64,000 nucleotides of DNA from the IMG/VR virus record IMGVR_UViG_3300037962_000450, positions 16,722-80,721 of that record. One strand, 5' to 3'. Each line of letters begins with the position of its first letter. The first letter of the stretch is position 1. The notes under the pieces are model-generated. The model ran no database searches, was not told the DNA's origin, and saw only the letters and a program-made list of their open reading frames with translations. Shown piece after piece: positions 35,997-45,700 of this stretch. The translations under genes and the position numbers were made by a program. The DNA comes from a virus. Its lineage: Duplodnaviria > Caudoviricetes.

Positions 35997-37211
35997 ATGG
36001 CTGCTAATAATAGAATTTTCTATGCCTGCCAAATGGTTGGGATGGCCGAAATGGGCGTTCTTGACTCCAGCGTCGTAGATGTAGCTGGCGCTGCTGGAAC
36101 TAAAAAGATGCGAGTCGCTCACGGTGTCCAGAGTGTAGGCATAACAACAAACTTTAATCTAGAGCAGGCTTTCGAGCTTGGTCAGATTCAGATCTACGAG
36201 AACATCGAAGGTCTTCCAGATGTGGAAGTAACCATGGAAAAGGTTCTTGATGGATATGAACTTTTATACCACCTAGCTTCACCAGCCCCAGAATCAGTAG
36301 GTTTGGTAGGTCGGTCAAAAGAAAGATGTGACCTTAGTCTTGGTATCTTTAGCGATGCCTATGACTCTGTTACAGATAGTGGGCAATCCACTGGAACTTT
36401 TGCGAGTGATCACTACGGAAAACCCCCAGTAGAGGTCTTCTGCTCTGGTATGTATCTTGGATCTATCAGTTACACGATTCCAGTTGATGGAAACGCCACT
36501 GAATCCGTCACACTTGTTGGTAACAACAAAGAATGGATCGTTGACCAAAGTAAGATGCATATCACATCAAGTGGAGAAAAATTTGGTACGCAGGAGGGCT
36601 TCTCGGCAACTACAGACGCTTCCGAACCAAGAGCACTTACACAGGCTAGTGGTGGTATTCAAAGACGTGAAAACGTTCTGCTTTCCAGATGTATCTTCCC
36701 AAGTAAGATTTACGGCATGAACGGAGCGCTACCCGGTAACGCTTGGAACTCCACAACTCAGTCACCAAGAGTTCACATTCAGAATGTTTCGATTTCAACT
36801 GACTTCTCTCGTGAAGACATCTTGGAACTTGGTCGTAAGACTCCTTACTACCGTGCTCCCGGTTTCCCAATTGAAGTTACTTGTGATATCGAAGCAATTG
36901 CGATTTCTGGTGACTTTATCGGAGCTTACGAAGGTGGTGATCCCGAATTCTTTACCACTGGAAACAAAGCTTCTGGTGACAACACTGGTGAAGAAGGAAT
37001 CAAGATCATCCTTCAGGATGGTACCTGCTTTAACCTAGGCTCTGGAAACAGACTGTCATCCGTAAGTTACGGTGGTGGTGACGCAACTGGTGGTAATGTA
37101 AGTATTTCTTACAGCTATACTAACTTTAACGAGCTATTCGTTGGTCACAAATACGATCCTGCTCGTGATACCAAGTATACCGACGCGCAAAAAGCTGACA
37201 CCAATCATTAG
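35997..37211 (+). CDS. Major tail tube protein with two tandem tube domains
   Basis: QSVGITTNFNLEQAFELG vs QNVSISTDFSREDILELG, and LGSISY..DGNATESVT vs LSSVSY..GGNVSISYS; strong RBS AGGAG. Confidence 0.8.
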   Translation: MAANNRIFYACQMVGMAEMGVLDSSVVDVAGAAGTKKMRVAHGVQSVGITTNFNLEQAFELGQIQIYENIEGLPDVEVTMEKVLDGYELLYHLASPAPESVGLVGRSKERCDLSLGIFSDAYDSVTDSGQSTGTFASDHYGKPPVEVFCSGMYLGSISYTIPVDGNATESVTLVGNNKEWIVDQSKMHITSSGEKFGTQEGFSATTDASEPRALTQASGGIQRRENVLLSRCIFPSKIYGMNGALPGNAWNSTTQSPRVHIQNVSISTDFSREDILELGRKTPYYRAPGFPIEVTCDIEAIAISGDFIGAYEGGDPEFFTTGNKASGDNTGEEGIKIILQDGTCFNLGSGNRLSSVSYGGGDATGGNVSISYSYTNFNELFVGHKYDPARDTKYTDAQKADTNH

Positions 37212-37234
37212 GCGACAACTTCTCGCCAAGGATA

Positions 37235-37295
37235 AGCTATGTAGTTTGCGATAGCAACTATTAAGGATAGTATACAGCGAGTGTACTGCATAGCT
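37235..37295 (+). other. Putative structured RNA element (multibranch junction) after the tail tube gene
   Basis: Closing stem 37235-43/37287-95 encloses abutting hairpins 37244-58, 37259-69 and 37270-86. Confidence 0.45.
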
Positions 37296-37346
37296 AGGAA
37301 GGATTTATTGTAATGATACATTGTGCTCCCGTCATGAGGTTTTCCG

Positions 37347-38390
37347 ATGAAACAACATGAACGGGAGTACTTTATATCTTGTGTTAGGTCTGGGATATTC
37401 TTTTTGAGGTACAGGGGTCTGACCTTAAAAGTACATAGTCCTACAATAGAACAGGATATAGAGGCCTGCCGAGTATACAACGACGCCTATGATGAAGCCT
37501 ATTTAGATGAAGTCATGGACGAAGGAGAAATGTTCGAGTGGATGGAGTACAAAGGTTTATGGACTGAAGAAGACGAAAGCCGTGTAGAAGGTTTAGAAAA
37601 AGACATTGAAAAATGTAAGGTTGAAATCTACAGAGCCAGAAACAATAGTGCCCAAAGAGAACATATAAGAAAGTATATTCGTGCAGGGGAAGAGCAAGAG
37701 TTAGAGATGATGCTGAAGAAGAATCAGTATCGTGCCAACACCTGTGAAGGTATGGCGGAACAAGCTAAGTGGGAATACATAATCAAGAACTGTACAACTC
37801 TCAACGGGGAGCTTTACAATTTTCAAGACGCCTCTCTTGACTATGTGCTTTCCTGCTTTAGATCATCAATACTTAGCGAAGGTGAAATACGAGAACTGGC
37901 TAGGAGTGAACCTTGGAAGAGCTTGTGGGTTGTCTCAGATAAGGCTAGGAGTTCTCTATTTTACAACAACGACAGAGAACTCACTTTAGACCAGAAGAAC
38001 CTAATCATATGGTCTAAGATGTATGATAATATTCAAGAATCTTTAGAGTGTCCTAACGACGACGTGATTGACGATAACGACATGCTTGATGGATGGTTTA
38101 TTATTCAACGTAAGAAGAGAGAAAAAGAGAAGGCTGAAGCAGAATTCGAGAGTGGCACCAAAAACGAAAAGATAAAGAACTCTCCCGAGATCTTTGTCAT
38201 GACTACAAAGGAAGATAAATCCCGTGTCGAGAACATGAATGATATTGGCGGAAGGATGACCATTAAGCAGAGAGAGGCTGCAATGCGTCAGAATGAAAGC
38301 GGTGTCACTACCCAAAACGAGTTCTTAGATGAAAAGCTTAAGCTTCAAAGGGCCGCAAACAGACAATATAAAGGGAAATTTGGAGGATAA
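37347..38390 (+). CDS. Tail assembly chaperone (paralogue 1, with C-terminal extension)
   Basis: Between tube and TMP; aligns by eye with 38767 (MEYKGLW...NTCEGMAEQAKWEYIIKNCT). Confidence 0.6.
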   Translation: MKQHEREYFISCVRSGIFFLRYRGLTLKVHSPTIEQDIEACRVYNDAYDEAYLDEVMDEGEMFEWMEYKGLWTEEDESRVEGLEKDIEKCKVEIYRARNNSAQREHIRKYIRAGEEQELEMMLKKNQYRANTCEGMAEQAKWEYIIKNCTTLNGELYNFQDASLDYVLSCFRSSILSEGEIRELARSEPWKSLWVVSDKARSSLFYNNDRELTLDQKNLIIWSKMYDNIQESLECPNDDVIDDNDMLDGWFIIQRKKREKEKAEAEFESGTKNEKIKNSPEIFVMTTKEDKSRVENMNDIGGRMTIKQREAAMRQNESGVTTQNEFLDEKLKLQRAANRQYKGKFGG

Positions 38391-38393
38391 GAG

Positions 38394-38774
38394 ATGGACA
38401 AGAACTATGCAGACCTGATAAGAAGCAGGTCCGATTACAAACAAAAGAGAACTGACAAGTTTAAAGCCGACTCTAAAGACAGGCTTTCCAAGATAATGAA
38501 GAAGAAGATAGAGACTACCATGATTGGTGCTCTATCTACTATAGAAGAAAACTTCGGATTTTTATGGACAAACGAGGATGGTTCTCCTTTAACAGAAGAA
38601 CAAACTATAATGAAGGACTTATACCAAAAGGTTAGGTCTGAAATTTTAGATAAGGGAAATAACCAAGCAAGGAATACTGATGCTGAGTTAGCTCAGTATG
38701 AAGTTGAGTGGTTAAAGTATTCTATGGAATTACCAGTTATCGCAAAAGAACGCGAGGAGGGACAAGATGGCTAA
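38394..38774 (+). CDS. Hypothetical tail-assembly region protein
   Basis: RBS GGAGG; helical and charged; lies between the two chaperone paralogues. Confidence 0.65.
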   Translation: MDKNYADLIRSRSDYKQKRTDKFKADSKDRLSKIMKKKIETTMIGALSTIEENFGFLWTNEDGSPLTEEQTIMKDLYQKVRSEILDKGNNQARNTDAELAQYEVEWLKYSMELPVIAKEREEGQDG

Positions 38775-39666
38775 AAAAGAAACTCAAAAAGTTATAGAGA
38801 TTGTACTGGACGACAGCAACCCAGATCAGAAGACAAAGGTTCTTGTTAAAAAACCTAGCAATAGGGTTCAGTCAGAAGCTGCTAGAATTGGTGCATTAGT
38901 TTGGACAAAATGCATCAAGGACGGCGTTATGACTAAGCAGGAGCTAGATGCCTTTATGAAAGAAAAAGGTATCTGGGGGGACGATAAAGAGAAGAGAAAA
39001 GAGCAGATTGCTCAGGAGCTTAGCGCCCTTGAAAAGAGGCTCTACCTTGGTGATAAAGATGGAAACGTCAAGAGGGGCGGAAGAAAGAAGAGAATGAAAC
39101 TTTCTGAAGCTAAAACTATTGCCTTAGAGATGAGAACCAAGAGAGCTGAACTTAGAGACCTGCTCGCTGAAAAAATCACGCTGGAAACCAATACAGCCGA
39201 AAGCCTGTCAGAGAATGCTAAGTTTGATTACATTGTAGCAAACTGCACATTCACGGAAGATGGGACTAGAAAAATCTATGCCAGTATAGAGGACTACGAA
39301 AAAAGAGCTGAAGACCCAATCGCGTTCAATGCCGCCGCAACACTAGCGGAAATGATGTATTCAGTAAATAAGGATTTTGAAGCCAAGCTTCCTGAAAACA
39401 AGTTCTTATCAAGATTTAAACTTGTTAATGAAGATCTTAGCTTGGTAAATAAGGAAGGCCAAACGGTTGATACCAAAGGCAATATAATTAACGATCTAGG
39501 CCACTACCTAGACGCCGAAGGCAATAGAATTGATTTAAACGGAAACCCTCTCGACCAAGACGGTAACTATGAGTTTGCGATTCAATTCGACGACGATTTA
39601 GGCGTTGAAGAAGAGGCCGCAGAAAAAGCGGAAAAAGTAGAAGAAACAGAAGATACGGAAAGCTAA
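38767..39666 (+). CDS. Tail assembly chaperone (paralogue 2)
   Basis: MKEKGIW...NTAESLSENAKFDYIVANCT; immediately before the TMP. Confidence 0.6.
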   Translation: MAKKETQKVIEIVLDDSNPDQKTKVLVKKPSNRVQSEAARIGALVWTKCIKDGVMTKQELDAFMKEKGIWGDDKEKRKEQIAQELSALEKRLYLGDKDGNVKRGGRKKRMKLSEAKTIALEMRTKRAELRDLLAEKITLETNTAESLSENAKFDYIVANCTFTEDGTRKIYASIEDYEKRAEDPIAFNAAATLAEMMYSVNKDFEAKLPENKFLSRFKLVNEDLSLVNKEGQTVDTKGNIINDLGHYLDAEGNRIDLNGNPLDQDGNYEFAIQFDDDLGVEEEAAEKAEKVEETEDTES

Positions 39667-39705
39667 TTGGATAGTGTAGTCACATCTTATTAGAAAAGGC
39701 TACCT

Positions 39706-42700
39706 ATGTCAAGGTTTGTACTTACAGCACAACTACAACTTCAAGCCCCACGGAACGTCGGTTCTGTTGTGAGGCAAATGCAATCTCAGCTTAGCGATAT
39801 TAAAGTTAAGGTGAGCTTGGATGGAGCTTCACGCACATCATCAGATCTAAACAAGATCAACAAAGATGTTAAGAAAGTCACCGATTCTGCCAGCAGAATG
39901 GGTAAGGCTTTCGCCGTTTCCGTTAAGAGGTTTGCAGCATTTTCAATTGCCACTAGAACAGTTAGTTTATTTACTAACGTTATAGGCGGTGCTGTAGAAG
40001 AAGCTATAAATTTTGAAAGACAATTAGTTAAAGTATCTCAAGTTACTGGAAAATCTCTATCCCAGTTAAAGGATCTTACTAGGGAGATCACAAGACTCTC
40101 CACTTCTCTAGGTGTGAGTTCTAGGTCTTTGATTGAAGTTTCTAGGACACTATCTCAAGCCGGTCTTGATGCTCAACAAACCAAGGTCGCCCTAGAAGCC
40201 CTAGCTAAGACATCCCTCGCCCCAACGTTTGAAGATATCACAGAGACAGCAGAGGGCGCTGTCGCTATCTTCAATCAGTTCGGACAGGGAGCTGAAGCTT
40301 TAGAGAAGCAGCTTGGCGCTATCAATGCTGTTGCCGGAAGATTCGCTGTTGAAGCCGGTGACTTAATATCTACCATCAGGCGTACCGGTGGTGTCTTTAA
40401 AGCCGCAGGTGGTAATCTCAATGAGCTGATTGCTCTATTCACATCTGTAAGAGCCACCACGCGAGAGGCTGCTGAAAGTATTGCTACCGGTCTCCGTACT
40501 ATCTTCACTAGAATACAGAGGCCTTCTACCATTAAGTTCCTAAGAGAGCTTGGTGTTGAACTTTTAAACGCAGAAGGTAAATTCGTTGGCCCGTTTGAAG
40601 CGGTTAAAAGATTAAGCGAGGCTCTTAGCGATATTCAGCCCGGAGATATCAGGTTTGTGCAGATAGCTGAACAGCTTGGTGGTTTCCGTCAAATCGGTAA
40701 AGTGATTCCTATGATACAGCAGTTTGCTGTAGCTCAGGAAGCGTTGAAGGTTGCCATGGATGGGCAGGACTCCTTAGCTCAGGATGCCATAAGCGCCCAG
40801 CAAGCGTTGGCAGTCAGGATAACTAAAGTTAAGGAGGAATTCTTAGCATTAGTAAGGGCGGTGAGTGAGAGTGCAACCTTCCAGCTCATGGCCAATACAG
40901 CCCTATCTCTAGCGTCTGCCCTGATTAAGATTGCCGACGCGCTCAAGCCTCTACTTCCTATGCTTACGCTCATGGCGGGCATAAAGATATTTAGTGGGCT
41001 AAAGAGTTTTGCCGGTGGTATAATGGGCAGAGGCGCTGCTACTCCACAAAAGTTTGCAACCGGCGGTGTGGTTCCGGGCAGTGGTAATAGAGATACCGTT
41101 CCCGCCATGTTAACCCCCGGCGAGTTTGTTATCAGAAAGTCTAGCGTAAAGAAAATCGGCGCAGACAATCTACAGAGAATGAATGATGGTGGAGTGGTTC
41201 TTAAAGGTACGTTAGCAGACGAATCTATGGGTATATTTGCCCTCACAAGAAACAGAAAAGATACGGAAGGAGATCTTTCCGTTAAAGACGATTGGGGTTC
41301 GTTCTCTATTACCAATAAGAAGGGCGGCATAACAGCGCTTAACTCCAACTTTAGTCTTGGCCTGTCAAACACTGGCGATAAATTTGCGGCTTTTAAGAAT
41401 CTTAACGGCGATGAACAACAGCGAGTATTAGGGCAAACAAAGGCTGGCCGAAAACTTCTTAAAACGCTTAACGACGGTTACCCGACCATGAATGCCGACA
41501 GCGCAGTCATAGGTACGGCGTCGAAGAGGGCATTTGGAGATGACGCCGAAGGTCGTGAGACTGCGCAACGTAGCGTAACGGCTGCTCTCCAAGACGTCCA
41601 AGTTCCCGGTTCTGACATACCTGCCTCAGCTATGTTAAGCATATCGGGAACGCAGAAGCAAATGCTGATTGGGCAGGCTCCCAATGACCCTAGTGACAGT
41701 TCGGGCTTGGTTGAAGCTGTTAGACAGCAGGTATATGCAAAATCTTCAGAAAAGCTAAAGGAAGCAGTTACAGAGTTAATTGATTCAGATTCTGGTACTA
41801 TTGCGAAATTAAAAGCTGGCGTAAAGCCAACTATAACATTTAACCAAGGGGCTTTTGATAAACACATAAGCTCCCTCATAAAAAACGAAAAAGGTGCTTA
41901 CTCACAGGCTGTTAAGGGTATAGCCGGTTTCGTGCAGGAGGGATTGATAGCTGGCGTAACCGGGGCAACGCTTGGTGGCGGGGGGACATCTTTTGACTTC
42001 CCGGATGTGTCAGCTCAGCAATCCCAATTATCGTCTCTCTACGGTGGCGACTTCTCAAACATGGAGAGTGGTGACGCAAAACCAACGGCTGCGCTTGACG
42101 AATTTAGAGCAAACGCAAAGAAACTAGCGGACTCAATTGCAAGCAATACCGATAACCGGTTTACAGAAAAAAGTAAACTTCTGGCTCGTGTAGAAAGAAT
42201 GGCTACCGGTGGAGCTGTTTCAGATACAGTTCCCGCTCTCCTCACACCCGGAGAGTTTGTTGTTAACAGAAGTTCTGCTCGGAGGATTGGCTACGGTAAT
42301 CTCCATAGAATGAACACTAAGGGAGTTCAAGGGTTTGCTTCCGGTGGAATAGTTGGAGGCCCAAGAACATTTGCTAATGGTGGTAGTGTTGCTACTCAAA
42401 ACGCCACTCTTAGAACCGAAGAACTACAGATGTTTATGATGCAGATTGGCGCAGCAGCGATTGCAGCTTCGACGGCGGCAGAGGCTATAGCATCCCACGC
42501 AGCAGAGAGCGACGAAAGCGCTGAGATGATAAGGGAGTTAGGTACCCGTGCATCGGCAGCTATTTCTACATTTGGAGCAATTAGTGTTGGGCTTGACCAG
42601 TGGCAAAACAAGATGGCTGCGGCTGGAGATGTTGCTCTAGAATCCGGTGAGGCGTGGGCAATAGCCGCACAAGCCGCAGGAAAAAGCGTAGAAGAAATAG

Positions 42701-45700
42701 GCTCGATGGCTAAGCGGGGCGGGGCGACTGACAAGGAACGGGACGCCAGAGCGCAATTAGCCCATTTAGGTGGAAAAAAGGCTGATGAGCAAATAGCCAA
42801 GAGGGGGCAAAAGAAATTTGACAAGCTCAGCAGACAGGACGAAAAGCTTGGTACACAAGAAGACGAAAAAAAAGCACAGGTACAAAAACGAGAGAAACAG
42901 ATTGGAAAGATTGAGGGGAAGATAAAAAAGAAGAGACAACGACGTAATGAAAACGAAGGCCGAAGAGAGGAGCTTCGTGTTGCAAAGGTACCTTTAAAGC
43001 AAGAACTAGACGAAAGGGAAGCAAAGGCAACACAACTAGACAAGGAAATTACGGGTACGCGACACGAAATCAAAGGTAGGACTCAAGCCAAGGAAAAGGC
43101 TGATCAAACCGTGGCGGACACATTCCAGAGAGGTCAGGAGATTGCTACTGAGCTGGAAGATCGCGACAAGAAAACAGAGGGCTTAGAAAAATCAAGAGTC
43201 AAAAAAGAAAAAGAAGTAGATAGAAACAGACAGGGTGTGACTCGGGCTGTTGAAGCTACACAGACTGCTAGGGAAGAGTTCCAACTAGACAGAGAACAAA
43301 GTAAACACATAAAAATGTCAGCCCCGCCGATGGCTAACGTTGGAGGACAATTCCGATCCAGAACTCCAGAAGAGCAGTCAGAGCTAGATGATGCAAAGGG
43401 AAGGCTGGAAAGACTACAACAAGGTCTACCGGCAGATGGGGGTGCTGTTGGCGGTGGTGGCACCGTTGCTCAGATGCAGGTTCAGGCTCAGCAGGTAATC
43501 ATACAGGCCCAGTCTGTTACGATGACAGAGGGTGATGTCAATGTTCCTGTAGTGAAAGACGAAAAGGCAATTGCTGCTGCTGAAGCTGATGTCGCATCCC
43601 TTAGCGGCCCAAGAAGACACGAAGCCGGTGCTGTTAGTACAACTAAAACGAGGGATCTAAACAAGGGAGAAATAGAAGCGCTGGGTGTGCAGCATGAAAA
43701 GGTTAAGACGCTCAAGCAGAATATTGCGTCAGGCGGTCCACTACTACCTTCTACCCCGGAAGAAGAAGCGGCTGTATCTGGCAAAGTTGCTGACGAACAA
43801 GCTGCCGTTGACGCTCTAGCAAAAAGCCGCCAACAACTTAATAGTATTATAGAACAGCAAGCTCAGACTCAAGAAGAGATACGACAGTTGAGCCTAGAAG
43901 GTCTAGAAGTTACCGAGGCCAATAGAGAAGCCCATCACGAGTCTTGGAAGCAGGCTGTTGCACTTAAAGATGCTAAGTCAGAACTTTTACATCTCACCAA
44001 CGAGGAAAAATTAAACAATGAACAGATCCATGATCTTACCGGTCAAATAGCAGAGATAGATGGGGAACGCAGGCAGCTTATCTCTGAAAGCATGAAGCTG
44101 ACTTCTGAGATGAAAGACCTAAGAGAAGAAGAAGCCTTTGCTGCAAAAGAGGTTGAAGAAATCAACAAACAAATTCTAGAGATTGAAAAACAGAGAAAAG
44201 CTGTCCAAGACCAAATGGAAGGAGGGCCTGAAGGTCAGGCGATACAGCATCGGGCATCAATGGTTGCCAGCGCCGCCAGTGCAGCGGTGGGGGGTGGCGA
44301 TGCAGGTGATGCAGCGGCTGAAAAGGTGACTTCTGGTATGGAACGCATTAAGGCCGCTTCTGATGGTCTTGCGGATCAATTCGGTTCTCAAGAGAAATTC
44401 CTCAAAGCCTACTCAACTGAGCTTTCGAGAGGAGTCCCAGCAGGAAAAGCTTTCAACAGGGCTATGAGTCAGGCCGGTGTGAGCGCAAGCGGTACTGCCA
44501 AGAAGACTGGCAAGCTTCGTTCTGCAATGTCTCAAGCAGCAAGTAAGATTAGAGGAGCTGGAGGCAAAATCTCTGGTGCTTTCTCTAAGTTAAATGCTAA
44601 GATGGCCGGTATGGGCAAGGCGGTTGGCGCTGTAATGGCTGTGGGTCAGCAGGCTGTTGCGTTTGTACAAGACTTACAGCAGAAACAGTTCGACAAAGCG
44701 CTGGAACAAGGCGACACAGCTACCGCTGAGGGCATGATTGGCGATATGGGTAAGATGGATATGGTTGGGGGAGCCATGAGCGGTGCTATGGCTGGCGCAG
44801 CCATGGGAGCTATGTTCGGCCCACTCGGAGCAGCTATTGGTGGACTAGTAGGTCTCTTAGGAGGTCTTGCTATGGCTTTCTTAGGCTTCGAGGCTAAATT
44901 TAAAGAGAGAGAAAAGAAGGTAGCCGCCGTAGAGATGAAGAAGGCGAAAGAGGCTACCGGTAAAGCGATGACAGATATATCTGAGAAGGGGCTAACGTCT
45001 AGTTCTGTGAAGGATGCTACAGCCGCCATTGACGCTCAGGGCGCTGCAATGAACAAGAAGTCCAAGCTGGACGGAAAGATGTTGCACTCAGATGAAGAAC
45101 GTAAGAAGATGGGTGAAGAAATTGCCGCCCAAGAGTTACAGCTAGCAAGCGCTATAGGTTCCAGAGCAACTTCTGAGAAAGAACTCGAAGAAGCCATGGA
45201 AGGACTGCTTAATAATACGACAGGTAACGCCAAGGCTGAGATGGATGCGGCACGATCTGCATTTGCTGTAGCTCAAGCAAACAGGGCGCTAGCAAAGGCA
45301 AACGCTGACCTACTTAAGATTACCTCTGCATTCAATGCCGCAACCAACGCTGTGAGTAATTTTGTCAAAGGTTTGGAAACTGGAACTAATAGATTTGATA
45401 GCATAGTTACAGACCTAGAAGAATCCCAGAAGAATATCGCTCTTGGTAAGGGTGGTGTTCAGGCTGTCGATAAAGCTAGAAGCGCAACAATGGAAGGTCT
45501 TAAAAGAGCAGGTCTTGATGAAACATCAGAGCTTGGCAAGTCTGTTGCCAGATCGTTTGACCAGCAAGAAAAAGCCGCAGAGTTCATGGCTAATATGCCT
45601 CGCAAACTAGACTCAATGAACTTTACTCAGGGAGACGATGCCGCTACAGTAAGAGATAAGCTGAGATCAGAGCTTATCACAGCCGACATGTCTGGCCCAA

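Noticed and set aside
37235-37295. Cloverleaf as a tRNA gene
   Set aside because: Only ~61 nt, with no T-loop TTCRA, D-loop GG or 7-nt anticodon loop; kept only as an unknown structured element.
33861-39666. Contractile tail (myovirus) assignment
   Set aside because: No sheath-like gene between terminator and TMP, and no baseplate wedge or gp25-like genes recognised in the window.
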